Translations under genes and position numbers: made by a program
From: Octopus vulgaris
Lineage: Eukaryota
Length of the DNA: 64,000 nt
NCBI GenBank assembly: GCA_951406725.2
Contig: OX597834.1
Span: forward strand, 12,338,001-12,402,000
Reading direction: 5' to 3'
Part shown: one piece after another, positions 12,733 to 26,009 of the stretch
How the letters are laid out: every line of letters starts with the position of its first letter
How positions within the stretch are numbered: position 1 is the first letter of the stretch
The notes under the pieces: model-generated
Database searches by the model: none
Seen by the model: only the letters and a program-made list of their open reading frames with translations
Told to the model about the DNA's origin: nothing

Positions 12733-12890
12733 CGACGGGCTTCTTTCAGTTTCCATCTAACAAATCCACTCAAAAGGCTTTGGTCTGCCCGAGGTTAGAG
12801 TAGAAGACACTTGCCCAAGATGCCACACAGTGGGACTGAACCCGGAACCATGTGGTTGGTAAATAAGCTACTTACCACACAGCCATTCCT
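12524..12890 (-). mobile_element. SINE family B; an inverted decayed 3' half lies at ~13010-13175
   Basis: Matches the family B unit. Confidence 0.85.
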
Positions 12891-12906
12891 TAGCAAACAC
12901 ACACAG

Positions 12907-12968
<62 letters not shown>

Positions 12969-13614
12969 TGGTGCAGATATATATTATCGAGTAGCAACAT
13001 TGTATGTGTGTGTGTGTAAGTGTGTCCCACAACCGCTTGACAACCAACGTTGGTTTGTGTATGACACCGAAACAGAATAAGTACTGGTAAATACTGGGGA
13101 CGATTCATTCGATTAATATCGCCCAATGTGGTGCCCCAGCACGGCCGCAGTTTAATTAATGAAATAAGTAAAAGATGAAAGAAAAATATATATGTATGCG
13201 TATTTCACTCTGTATGAGTGTGTATATAGGTATACGTGTTTGTATATATGTATGTCATTATTCAGGTTTATTTCAAGATATCTTGCCAATAAAGAAAGAG
13301 TTGCTTTCTAACCTAGATCCAGGGCTCCTTGACTGGGATATCATCAACGCCAACAGAGCATGTTTGTATGTATATATATGTAGAGATTTGTATATTTTGT
13401 ATCGTGTATGAATTTTCACGCATAAAGCTGCATGTCTAGATATGAGCATGTATACTTAAATGATAATCATCTGGAAAATTTTACAGATCTTTAGAGATAA
13501 TAAACGGTAATAGTCTGGATCTGCAGTTTTTTAATAGGTTTTCTCGTTTCTGGTTTTAAGAAGCTTAATTTCTCAAGATATATATTTAGGTAGTGTGTTA
13601 CATAACCTAGTAAT

Positions 13615-13857
13615 ATATGTGTGCGTGTATATGTATATATGTGTGCGTGTATATGTATATATGTGTGCGTGTATATGTATATATGTGTGCGTGTATATGT
13701 ATATATGTGTGCGTGTATATGTACATGTGTGCGTGTATATGTACATATGTGTGCGTGTATATGTATATATGTGTGCGTGTATATGTATATATGTGTGCGT
13801 GTATATGTATATATGTGTGCGTGTATATGTATATATGTGTGCGTGTATATGTATATA

Positions 13858-13909
<52 letters not shown>

Positions 13910-13912
13910 TGT
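13615..13912. repeat. 20-bp minisatellite (gtgtgcgtgtatatgtatat)n followed by (GCGT)n
   Basis: About 12 tandem units visible. Confidence 0.95.
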
Positions 13913-13913
13913 G

Positions 13914-14180
13914 TGGAGGTTCAATGGCCCAGTGGTTAGGGCAGTGGACTCGCGGTTTCGATTTCCAGACCGGGCGTTGTGAGTGTTTATTGAGCTAAAA
14001 CACCCAAAGCTCCACGAGTCTCCGGTAGGTTGTAGTGGCGATCCCTGCTGTACTCTTTCGCCACAACTGCTCACTTAGCCAGTGGGGTGGCGTCATTTGA
14101 AGGCTAAAACAATGTGAAGCGCATTGTGACCAGCGATGTGTAGCAACATCCGATAGCCTGGTCGGTCACGTGATCACGTG
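13914..14180 (+). mobile_element. SINE family C (tRNA head), tail type 1
   Basis: tggcccagtggttagggcagtggactcgcggtttcgatttcc...gcattgtgaccagcgatgtgtagcaacatc. Confidence 0.85.
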
Positions 14181-14668
14181 ATATATATATATATATGTGT
14201 GTGTGTGTACAGTTCTATATCTGAGAGATGTGGAATTATGTACATTATTTACAGGTGACAGCAAACAAGATGAGGACAAATATCCATCAATTGTAAATAA
14301 TGTAAATAATGTATGTATATAATATCTAACTTGAATCCTCTCTTTCTCATAAGGATAAATATGCATCTGCAGAATTCTGTTCTGCTATTTCCTTTTTCAA
14401 GTTCATTGTAAATTTTGTTAATACTTCGTACACTGAAGAGTACATTCACATATAATTAGTTTAATTAATTTAATCTAATTCAATTCAATCATGAATTTGC
14501 ATTAATTTTATATCTGCGTACGAAACGATCGTCTGTATGAAATAAAAATTCTCTTATATATTTTAACTACTTGTCTTCTCCTTTTTCAACTAAACTGATT
14601 TGTTTTATGAGATAACTTTCCATAAATTCACCACACAACATATACTTATATATATATACTAATATATA

Positions 14669-14707
<39 letters not shown>

Positions 14708-14720
14708 ATATATTTATATC

Positions 14721-15257
14721 AGGTCACTTTTGAGTGCTACTGGTAACATGTAACCCCTGTACAACCTGTTGCATGGTCGGATCGTCGGCGACTAAACCCC
14801 ACATAGCTTGCTCGGTGAGGAGGGTGTTTATTGGACACCCTGCAGGATGAAAAACAAAACCCCTCAAAGGGCGGAGGAACTCTTGAGAGTCAATGGCCTT
14901 CCAATAAATCTCTTAAGGATGTATCATGCGCGGGGACATAGAAATAATCGGACTGAATACCCGATCGCGCGGTTAAAACATTGGGAGTGAAGGACTCCTA
15001 GCCTTTGCTAGGGCATCCTTCTAGGAGAAGGTAACTCGGGTAACTGGGATAACTCCGACATAAAACCGGCGGTTCAGTGGTTACCGATGATGTTGACTTG
15101 TTCTTTTCGGATTAAGGCTGCTGTTGCTTAGTGAGTGGGATTGACTCAGTGCACAGCGTTTCCTCACTTTAAAAAGAATCTTCTCGCACAGGCATTGCAC
15201 GATAACAACACTAAGCTTCGTGCAATGGCCATACTCGATAACGAGGGGACAGCCACC
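14721..15257 (+). mobile_element. RTE-derived bipartite non-autonomous element (5' UTR fused to 3' end)
   Basis: Contains ctagcctttgctagggcatccttctaggagaaggtaactc, resembling the RTE 5'-UTR motif (recalled). It ends gaggggacagccacc plus a microsatellite tail, has no ORF and is flanked by TA-rich repeats. Confidence 0.6.
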
Positions 15258-16317
15258 ATGTATGTATGTATATATATATATATATGTGTGTGGGTGTGTG
15301 TGTGTATTCGACTTGAACGACACTACCTATCACGTGCAATTTTTAGTGAAATAATCACCAATCATTAATATCATAAGATGTACGACATATTTGATTATCT
15401 TCGTTGCATTTTTTTCACAATGGCTGCTAATAAAAAAACACTGTTGTACTAAAAGCACAGTTGATTACCTCAGAAAATGGAGTCGCAATACTGGTGATGT
15501 TTTCGAGATACCAAAAGATACCTAACGGATTTTTTTTTCTGCGTAATATGTAAAACTAATCATTCTTTTTTTAATTTGGTTTTTACTTAATCTAATAAAA
15601 AATATAAAAAATATAAAATGAAATAAATACTTTTTCAGATTTACAAGCTTAGTGCGCATTTGTGAGGATTATTTGAGAAATAATTACTTCATAATTAGTC
15701 TCAAATGGTTCATCTTTCATTCAAATCAAAACAGGTGAAAGTTAAGTTCAACCTCGACGTTTGTATGTTGTGATCCGGAAGAAATACATCTGAACATTTT
15801 TTCCGCTATGCTAACGATTCTCTTCGTTTCCTGCTCCATTCATATGACTGCGGGGATGCTGAGGTGCAGCCATGAAGGACTTTAGTCCAACGAATCGATC
15901 CCAGAGGTAATTTTTTTAAAATTTAAAGCCTGGTAATTTGTCTATCAAAATCGTTTATAAAACGAACTATGATCTAAGATTTCAACAACTTTTGATAGCC
16001 TGCTTTCTGCCAGCTCGCCGCCTTTAATAATAATAATAATAATAATATTTCTACCACTTCCCCTGCTACTGCTATTACTGTAGTGATATTGCTTCAAATT
16101 TTGGCACAATGCCAACAAGATATGAGGAGAGGTACCTCGATTACATCAAACTCCAGGGCTAAAATGTTACTTATTTTGTTCGAGACGGAAAGAATGAAGT
16201 GCAATGTCGACTTCGACAGAATTTGAACCCAGAATATAAAGACGGATGCAATTCCGTAAAACTTTTAATCGTCATGCTGTCGATTCTGCCAGCTCACCAA
16301 TTTAAATATTTTGTAAT

Positions 16318-16520
16318 CTAGGCACAAGGCCCGGAATATGGGGAGAGGCAGCCAATCGATTACATCGACCTCTGTACGTAACTGCTATTTAATTTATCGA
16401 CCCCCAAATGATGAAAGGCAAAGTCGACCTCGGCGGAATTTGAACTCAGAACGTAACGGCAGACGAAATACTGCTAAGCATTTCGCCCGGCATTCTAATG
16501 TTTCTGCCAGTTCACCGCCT
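16318..16520 (-). mobile_element. SINE family A (alternative tail), within a cluster of decayed copies spanning ~15700-16850
   Basis: Family A head and core. Confidence 0.85.
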
Positions 16521-17688
16521 TCACCTCTTTAAATATTATAGCTAAACTACTTTCAAAGGAAGGCGTCGAGCAGGCAGAACCGTTAGCGAACCGGATAAAA
16601 AAACGTTGGGCAGCTTTCTGTCCGTCATTACGTTCTGAGTTCAAATGTCATCGTGGTCGATCTTGGCTTTTAACACTTTGTGGCACAATAAAATAGTATC
16701 AGCTGAGCCTTGGGGATGGCTATAATAGACTTACCCCCAACCCCTGTCTCTTGCTGGTCTTGTGCTAAAATTTGAAAGCAACATTCCGATTTGAATTAGC
16801 CGTCTCTTGCTGGCCTTGTACTAAAATTTGAAAGCAATATTTCGCTTTGATTTTCATTATGAATGTGGAACGAGAACGGGATTCTTGATGCAGATTTATA
16901 TTTTACAAATGTAACTTACTTTATGCATATTTCTAATAGCCTATCAATGCCTTAGTTAAGAGAGGAAAGAATTAAGACAGAGAGAGAGAAAGAAGAGGGG
17001 TTTTGGGGGTGATGCAGGATGGCTTGGGTCTGAAATGAAGACCTGTGGCTTTTTAAACTATCACCTTATTTGTTTGGTTCGTTGAAACCAAGATTAACTT
17101 CTATATGCGATATAGTGACATAACCGTTGAGGGTGGGGGTAGGTTTAACTCGGGTACGTCCACGTGACAAGTTTACTCTAAACTAAAGTGTTGCATGCTT
17201 AAGTAGAATCAATTTATCGTCCGTCGTTCTACACTGCCATTATCATTGTCAGCGTCTTCGTCACCTTCACTAATATGATGGTGATCATCATCATCATTAT
17301 CATCATTATTATCATCATTATAAGGCTCATTCCTTGCAATAACAATCGCCGTCTAACTTCTTTATGCATTTCTACTGATTCTTTCAATAAACAATGTCAT
17401 CATAACTATCATCATCATCATCGTCATCATCGTCGTCGTTGTCATCATCATCGTCATCATCAGCATCGTCTTCATTGTCAGTCTTCAGTATGTCAATACT
17501 ATTAACCACTTTTCTCTCCTCCTCCTCCACTACTTTACCGTTATCGTCGTCGTCGTCGTTGTCATCTTCATCGTCGACGTCGCTTCATCTTTGTTGTCAT
17601 CGTTGGCTTTTCGACGACGTCCTCATCCTCATCGTAAGAATCTTTTTTTTTGGGGGGGGGGGGCTTTTGTATTTTTTGCTGTAGTTAC

Positions 17689-17888
17689 CTATTTCTTTAC
17701 TACCCACAAGGGGCTAAACACAGAGAGGACAAACAAGGACAGACAAATGGATTAAGTCGATTGTATCGACTCCAGTGCGTAACTGGTACTTATTTAATCG
17801 ACCCCGAAAGGATGAAAGGCAAAGTCGACCTCGGCGGAATTTGAACTCAGAACGTAGCGGCAGACTAAATACCGCTAAGCATTTCGCC
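17689..17888 (-). mobile_element. SINE family A, 5'-truncated
   Basis: Family A core and tail. Confidence 0.9.
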
Positions 17889-18211
17889 TTTTGTAGTTGA
17901 TGCTGTAGTTACCGTCGAAGTCTTCGTCTGTCGTCGTCATCGTCATTAGTACTACCACCACCGCCACCACCACCATCGTCATAATCATCATCGTGGACAT
18001 CAACCAATTATCACCAGCACCAAAAACAACCTCATCATCATCATCAACGCTATCAATACCATTATTATTATTATCGACATCATCATTATCATCACCTTCC
18101 ATATCTCTGCCATCAACATCACCAGAAACTATACCAGTAAGATCACGGTCACCAACGACATGAACATGAATACCACCAGGAGCAAATCTCGCTTATGTCC
18201 CACACCCTATA

Positions 18212-18553
18212 TAGTCCCGGGTTCAGTCCCACTGCCTGGCACCTTGGTCAATTGTTTCTACTATAGCCTCCGGGCGACCAAAGACTTGTGAGTGGATTTG
18301 GTAGACGGAAATTTGATAGCCCGTCGTATATATGTTTATATACATGGGTGTGTTTGTGTGTGTGTTTACCCCTCCAACATCACTTGACAACCGAATGCTG
18401 GTGTGTTTACGTCCCCGTAACTTAGCGGCAAAAGAGTCAGATAGAATAAGTACTGGGCTTACAAAGAATAAGTCCTGGGTTCGATTTGCGCAAATAAAGG
18501 TGGTGCTCCAGCATGGCTAGAGTCAAATAACAAACAAGTAAAAGAGAGTAAAA
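18212..18553 (+). mobile_element. SINE family B, head truncated
   Basis: Matches the family B unit. Confidence 0.85.
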
Positions 18554-18559
18554 GAATCT

Positions 18560-19250
18560 TTAGCATCCCAGACAAGATGAGATGGTGTCTACAATGAAAC
18601 GCAATTTATGTCTAGCAAATTTTTTTTTAAATGTGAAACGTTCGCAGTAGGACACGTAACTACTGTGCCATACCATCCCAGATATAAGAGTTAGGCAGAG
18701 AGCTTTGTCAGATGTTTTCAAGAGAGCCCTAAGAAAATCAAATTAGGAAATCAAGGATGAGGTGGCTCTTGAACAATTCTTAAGAATGTACCGTGTGACA
18801 CCAAAACCGAATACTCCAGCAGGTATGTCACCAGCAAAGCTGATGTTTGCTAGGAAAGTCAAATCGGTCTTCGATAAAATGCTACCACGCAAAAAGAGAA
18901 AAAATTCCAGGGAAAACATAGCAAGATTATTTACAAGTGGTGAAAACGTGTTTCTGAAGCCATATAAGAATGTAAAGGAGATTTGGGAAAATGGTGTAAT
19001 TACCAAATGCATAGGTAAAATGCATTACTGGGTAAAAAGTATAAAAGGCGTATATAAGGGACACATGAAAGAACTGAATTAAATTTTTCATGAAGAACGA
19101 ACACAAAATAGTTGGAGGAACCGATGGAATGGTTGTAGGATACATTCCAAGTATCAACACATCTACAGATGATTGAATCCAGGAGTACAAGTGAGAGGAA
19201 AAGAAAGTATACAGATATCCAGAAACGAGATGCCAAGCGCAAAAAATATT
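18560..19250 (+). pseudogene. Ty3/Gypsy integrase core and C-terminus remnant
   Basis: GHVTTVPYHPRYKS*AESFV..FKRALRK..ALEQFLRMYRVTPKPNTPAGMSPAKLMFARKVKSVFDKMLP..F.SGENV..WENGVI, resembling Gypsy integrase (PYHP.SNG.AER.V; YR.TP...G.SPAEL.F.R). Stops and frameshifts are present. Confidence 0.9.
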
Positions 19251-19326
19251 AAATTGTACGAAAAAAAAACAACTTGTGGTGAGTATAAAAAATTATGGCT
19301 AAATAAAATGACACTAAGAAAAACAT

Positions 19327-19510
19327 AAAAGGGGAGATGTTGTAGGGAATTAGTAATAATGGTACGCCCCTCCCACGTGACGAATGGAATAACCTAGTGA
19401 CTATAAGTAAAGAGAAGTACGTGAAGTACGGGAGTGCGGAGAAAGCAGTCAGAGATATTCGTGTCGTTACTGGTTTTACAAAGTATAGTATATATCGAAG
19501 TGGTATTATA
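19327..19510 (+). mobile_element. Polypurine tract and probable 3' LTR of the Gypsy remnant
   Basis: aaaaggggaga is directly followed by TGTTGTAG at 19338. The right LTR boundary is uncertain. Confidence 0.65.
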
Positions 19511-20912
19511 CTAATCCAAAATTTTAAGGATCATAAAAGTTTCTCAATGGATTTTATCAATCTTCATTTCACTTAAAAAACTTCAATAGGTTTTGCGCGA
19601 ATTTATTTTTAAATGCCTAATGTGCTACGCAATCGGATCGATCCTAGAATCGAAATTATCAATAATCGAAACATGGCAGCATTGTACCTGGTCTTATCCA
19701 GATTTTCGAGGTCTTAGGTACTAATATTACAAGGTCTCTTACTGAATTGGATTAGGGTCTATCGTAGGGTCAACATTTAGGCGTTGCTACTTGTGTTACT
19801 GTTGAGTGAATTGGAGCAACGTAAAATTAAGTATCTTGTTCAGGGACACCTCTAATGATCATGAGCTCAGTGCACGAAATATAAATTCTCGACAACATTC
19901 ATTATGATACTGTTACAAATAATATACCAGATATCGATGAAGCCTTTTCGAATATAGCTCTCCTCGCTCAGGTCTCCACGTAATCAACAACGAGTACTGA
20001 AGAATAGCAGCTAATTCTCCCTCAAATCATACATCATCAATATTAAACAAAGTGGGGGAACGCAAGTATACTAGGTATGAGCTTAAAAAATATCTGCTTT
20101 AAAAAGAGACTGAGAATAAATGATAGGTGTCCTAGATTGTAATTGGCGTAGAGTTAAACAAAGACATCGATATAAAGGTTGCAGAAATATCAGTTATAAA
20201 GAAGGAATAACAAAAACGTCTTTGAAATTCTTCGATGTATAAAAGACGTTGGTGCTGCTGCCATTGAATTGGTAATAACAAAATGACCATCTTCATCATC
20301 ATCATCATTGTCATCAACATCGTCAACTGCATTATCGTTATCATTGTCGACGCTGAATCTTTGTGGCCATAGTCGCCATAATCATCATCATCATCATCAT
20401 GCTCATCCTCACCATTAGTAGCAGCAGCAGCACCACCACCACCACAACAGCAGCCACTACTAGCAGCAGCACCAGCACTAGCAGAAGTAGTAGTAAGAGT
20501 AAAAAGACTGAAGGAGGAAGATCGTGATCCACCCACCCCATCATTATCGGTGTCATCATCATTACACTTGACAGCAACACCTACAGCAACAGCTGCAGTA
20601 ACAACAACAACAACAGCAGCAGCAACAGCAGCAGCAGTAGTCGTAACAACAGCAGAATTGCAGTTGTATCATCAACAATCTCAGAAACATTCGTAACGTT
20701 GGCAACGTCGGAGAACGACACCTTATCAAGCTGAATATAATTAGATAATTAAAATAGGTAGACGTTGCCCTCTTTCTAATAGTAGCATTGCTAGTAACAG
20801 GAGCAGCAGTAGTAATGGTAGTAGTAGTAGTAGTAGTATAGTGAGAGATGAAGGAGAAAGAGCACAAGTAAAATTGATGTTGATGACGAGAAGCATTTGT
20901 AGAAATAATAGT

Positions 20913-20944
<32 letters not shown>

Positions 20945-21236
20945 TAGTCTGTTTTAGTATGCCGGTGGTTCTTTGGCAGTTACCAGCGAGGGAATTTCAA
21001 ACATGATGGATCTTTCGGCAAGAACGAGCAACCAAATTAACTCTCTCAATTGCAGGGGTTTATATTGTACTATCTCTAAAATATTAAGAGCATACCAGAT
21101 AATATAGACGATGGTATGGTTATAGGTGGAATGTCAGAGAGTAAATCTACAGAACCATGGATGAACCTAGAGTAGAGAACGCCAATCATCACCGCCACCA
21201 CCACCGCCACCAGAAGCAAGAACTACAAGAATAATC

Positions 21237-21796
21237 TTTTCTACTCTCGGCACAAGGCTTAAATTTTGGTGGAAGTGGTCCAGTCGATTAGATTAACTCC
21301 AGTACCCAACTGGAACTTGATTTATCGACCCCGAAAGGATGAAAAGCAAAGTTGACTCTGGCGGAATTTGAACTCAGACGAAATACCTATTTCTTTACTA
21401 ACTACAAGGGGCTAAACACAGAGAGGACAAACAAGGACAAACAAAGTCGATTATATCGACCCCAGTGCGTAACTGGTACTTATTTAATCGACCCCGAAAG
21501 GATGAAAGTCAAAGTCGAAGTCGGCGGAATTTGAACTCAGAACGTAACGGCAGAAGAAATACTTATTTCTTTACTACCCACAAGGGGCTAAACACAGAGG
21601 GAACAAACAAGGACAGACACCCGGATTAAGTCGATTATATCGACCCAAGTGCATAACTGGTAGTAATTTAATCGACACCGAAAGGATGAAAGGCAAAGTC
21701 TACCTCGGCGGAATTTGAAATCAGAACGTAGCAGCAGACGAAATACCGCTAAGCATTTCGTCCGGCGTGCTAACGATTCTGCCAGCTCGCTGCCTT
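21237..21796 (-). mobile_element. Tandem trimer of SINE family A
   Basis: Three cores (gaccccgaaaggatgaaa) joined at gaaatac.tatttctttac. Confidence 0.9.
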
Positions 21797-22096
21797 GAGA
21801 ACAACAATAATAACAACAACAACATGAATATATAAAAATGTAACAAAATACGGGAGTAATACTACTCTCCTAATTTTATGGAAGGCCGGAAACTTTTGAG
21901 GAGTAGAGCAAGTCGATTTCCTCGACACAAGTTGTCTACTGCCGCTTTATTTTATTGACCACGACTGAATGGAGGTTGACCTGGGTTTGAACACGAAATA
22001 TTAGGAGCCAGAACATATACCACAATGCAGTTTTCCCCGCGCTCTGATAATTCTATAAGATGCCGCCATTACTACTCAAAAGGGCTTTTTATTTTC

Positions 22097-22550
22097 TAAA
22101 TTCCGCCGAGGTCGACTTTGCCTTTCATCCTCCCATGGTCGACAAATTAAGTACCAGTTACATACTTGGGTCGATATAATCGACTTAATCCGTTTGTCTG
22201 TCCTTCTTTGTCCCCTCTGTGTATAGCCCCTTGTGGCTAGTAAAGTAGTAGGTATTTCGCCTGCCGCTATGTTCTAAGTTCAAATTCTGCCGAGGTCTAC
22301 TTTCCCTTTCATCCTTTCGGGGTCGATTAAATAATTACCAGTTACGCACTGGGGTCGGTGTAATCGACTTAATCCCTTTGTCTGTCCTTGTTTGTTCTCT
22401 CTATGTTTAGCCCCTTGTGGGCAATAAAGATATAAGAATCGTTAGCCAAACTAAACGAAATGCTTAATAATATTTAATTCCTCTTTCCATTCTAAGCTCA
22501 AATTTCGTTGAAGTCGACTTCGACTTTTAACCTTTCGAGGTCGATACAGC
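22097..22550 (+). mobile_element. Tandem composite of SINE family A
   Basis: Two young units plus one decayed unit. Confidence 0.9.
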
Positions 22551-23454
22551 ACCCCGTCAGTTACGTCGAGAAGTATTCCACTCAATGCAGTCCAGCATGG
22601 CCGCAGTCTACTGACTGCAACAAGCAAACTAGTTAATTACAAGTCAATGATGGAACAGGAATATGATCCCTTTACTTGCTAGAAGTAGCAGCTTGAAGTC
22701 CCTCACATCACAAGCTAAAATGTTAGAAAAAGTCATACGTATTATGTAGTACTGGATCTAGGCGGCATTTCGTTGATCTTTTCCTTTAGTAGTTTAAATT
22801 CTGATGAAGTCAGCTTTGCATTTCATCCTCACGGGTTCGATAATGTAAGTACCAGTTAAACATTGGAGCCGAGACTAGCTATATCCCCAAAAATGTCTTG
22901 CCTAGTAGAATCTGCATAATAGAATCGAACTAGAATCGTTCCATCATACTTTAATTGAATGGTTTTAATTGTAGTGAGTATCTTGCAGAATCGTTTGTCT
23001 GTCCGGCAGAATGTTTAGTGATATTTTCCTTCATCTTTACATTCTGAATTCAAATCCCAACAAAGTTCGATTTTGCATTTCAGCAATTCAGGGTCTATAA
23101 CATAACTACTAGTCAAAATTTGACATCAATAAAATAAGTACCTGTTGAGTAGTGGGATCGAGAAGGGAAGTGCTGGTGTAAATCTAATCAACTGATCTCG
23201 TCCACCAAAATTTTAAGTCTCTAGTCTTTAAACGCAGCGAACTGGTGGAACCGTTAATGCGTGGATTAAATGCTTAGCAACTTTGCGTCCAGCTCTTTGC
23301 TTTTGTTCCTTTCAGGGTCGATAAAATAGAATATCAGTAAAGGAATGCGAGTACTGTAATTGATTTTTTTCCCTCATATCAAAATTGCTTGCTGATATGT
23401 AGAAAGACTATAACGCTTTTCCTTTTTTTATAGTATCATAAATTAGAAATATTG

Positions 23455-23957
23455 AGGCGGAGAGCTGGCAGAAACGTTAGCACGCCGGGCGAAATGGGTA
23501 GCCGTATTCGTGTGCCGTTACGTTCCGAGTTCAAATTCCGCCGAGGTCGACTTTGCCTTTCATCATTTCGGGGTCGATAAATTAAGTACCAGTTACGCAC
23601 TGGAGTCGATATAATCAACTTAATCCATGTGTATGTCCTTGGTTGCCCTCTCTGTGTTTAGCCCCTTGTGGGTAGTAAAGAAATAGGTATTTCGTCTGCC
23701 GCTATGTTCTAAGTTCAAATTCCGCCGAGGTCTACTTTTCCTTTCGGGTTCGATTAAATAAGTGCCAGTTACGCACGTGGGTCGATATAATCGACTTAAT
23801 CCCTTTGTCTGTCCTTGTTTGTCCCCTCTATGTTTAGCCCCTTGTGGGCAATAAAGATGTAAGAATCGTTAACAAACTAAACACAATGCATAATAATATT
23901 TAATTCCTCTTTACGTTCTAAGCTTAAATTTCGTCGAAGTCAACTTCAACTGTTACC
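23455..23957 (+). mobile_element. Tandem composite of SINE family A (paralog of 22097-22550)
   Basis: Same three-unit layout and shared diagnostic changes. Confidence 0.9.
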
Positions 23958-24179
23958 ATTCTTCAAAAATTGCTGGCCAAACTATGAAACCATCGTAAAT
24001 TCAAAAGTCCGAAATATTGAGAATTATCAAAGATATCGCTAAGTACAGCAAGACATTTAGAAATACCAGCAAACATAAAGGTGCTCGCTCTCACTATTGG
24101 AAACAGTTGCTATATGATTAATGGTTTAAAATTGGACCGTAAAATTCTTGAAAGAAATAAAAAAAATTAAAGAATTAAG

Positions 24180-24388
24180 TGTACCCTTATCAAACGGGTA
24201 GTCATGATGGATAAACTGGGCTTCGTATATTTTACCCCAGTGCCACTTTGATGACATGCACTGCTCTCTTACTCAATAATAATAAATGCCCTGATGCAGT
24301 ACCAGACAGTGGTTCTCATGGCTTCTGATCTTAACTGATTGGAAGTGTTATCATGTACATTGTTTTGTCTTGGTATAAAAGATGGGCT
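24180..24388 (+). mobile_element. Tail-to-head junction of two copies of the (TAA)n-flanked element
   Basis: 3' end ...ctctcttactc, then aataataataa, then 5' start atgccctgatgcagtacc. Confidence 0.8.
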
Positions 24389-24594
24389 TCTCTCTAATAT
24401 GTACGTATCATTATCTCTCTATCTCTCTATTTACCTATCTCTGTCTCTAATCTTTTGATTGAATATGTGTGTGTTTGTGTCTGTATGTGTGTGTGTGTAT
24501 CTTTGTTGTGCATTCTTACACACACACACACACGTATATATATAGAGAGAGACGTGTGTGTGTCTTGTATAGATAGATAAGTATACGTACATTT

Positions 24595-24629
<35 letters not shown>

Positions 24630-26009
24630 GAGTGAGAGAGAATGGGAGAAAGAGAAAGAAAAGAGAATGATTAAAGCAGAGGCAGAAGAATATTGACATG
24701 AACCATTTATATGGATGTATATAAATACACAAACGAACAAGAGGCCCTTCCTTATGCATATGGACCAACAAAAGCACAAATCACACACAAATATATTGTG
24801 TGTTATGTATAAAGGTGCGTATCTGCATCTTATCTCTGTTTTTCTCGCTCTTCTTTCTTCCTTGTCTTTGTTGCTCGCTCACTTTCTTCACTCGCTCTCT
24901 CTCTCACACTTTTTATCTGTTTTTCATTCTTTCTCTCTCTTTCTCCCCCCTCTCTCTCGCCGTATCCTAAAAATGGCAACAGCACTCAGAATCGAATAGA
25001 ATACATAATTCAAATAGTTAATTGATTTAGAAAAGATCTCCATAGAGCAAACTTACTCTCGGGAATAATATATGTATATGCATATGTGAGTATGTTTCAT
25101 ATGTATTATATATATATATATATATATTGATAGATAGATGCACACAGATATATAAATGTAAGTATGTATATACGTTTGTATGGCTTTATATATACATATA
25201 TATACATATATATATATACGTATGTATATTATATATCTAGGCCTGTATAAATGTTTTTATGCATAGATGTATTATGTATCTATATATATATATATATTTG
25301 AATTCATATTGAGAGAGAGGGAGAGAGAGCTACTTAGATAGAAAGATAGATGGACATGGCATATAACATAAATGTGTATAAGCATATATTTACAAATATA
25401 CATGCATACACGTCTAATGCATACACACACATGTATTATCTACCTCTATCTTTCTCTCTATATATACACGTACAAGATATGTATATATATACATACATAC
25501 ATGTATATATATATATGCATAATCACATTCTCTATATGTGCACACATACAGAGACACCTCCAAACATGCGCACATAAACACACAATCAGACAGACTCGTG
25601 TATCTACATACGTACATACACACAAACACACACGTGTATCCACATAAAAACACACATATACGTACATATACACACAAACACATGTGTATCGACATACATA
25701 CACACATATACGTACGTACACACTGCTATACAATATTCACTGAACCAGACACACAAGTATGCACACCTTTTGTTCATTTCAAATATCGGGACCGATGCAT
25801 CTGTGTTTCGTTTCTGTAGACAGTTAAGCCTCAGCGTAGTTTTTATGCACCTACATCTGCATTTAAGTGTGCATGCAAGGTGTGCATGCTTAAATATACG
25901 TGCAACAAATGTATATATGTGAGAGTGTGCGCTCCTGCGTGTGTGTGTGTGTGTGTCTTCTTGTTAACGTTTGAGCAAAAGCGTACCTTTGCTTTACACG
26001 GGACGGAAT

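Noticed and set aside
13595-14074. Long ORFs rich in YI/CV/HT (also 25843-28555, 34229-35388, 37186-38324, 49174-49632, 62472-63054)
   Set aside because: They are translations of dinucleotide or trinucleotide repeats that lack stops and are open in many frames. Not coding.
14721-14810. HDV-like ribozyme at the 5' end of the RTE-like element
   Set aside because: A hairpin plus CUAA is present, but I could not assign P1, P2 and P3 consistently.
16745-16850. ~56-bp direct repeat (also a 23-bp repeat at 52380-52421)
   Set aside because: Ordinary short local duplications at SINE ends.
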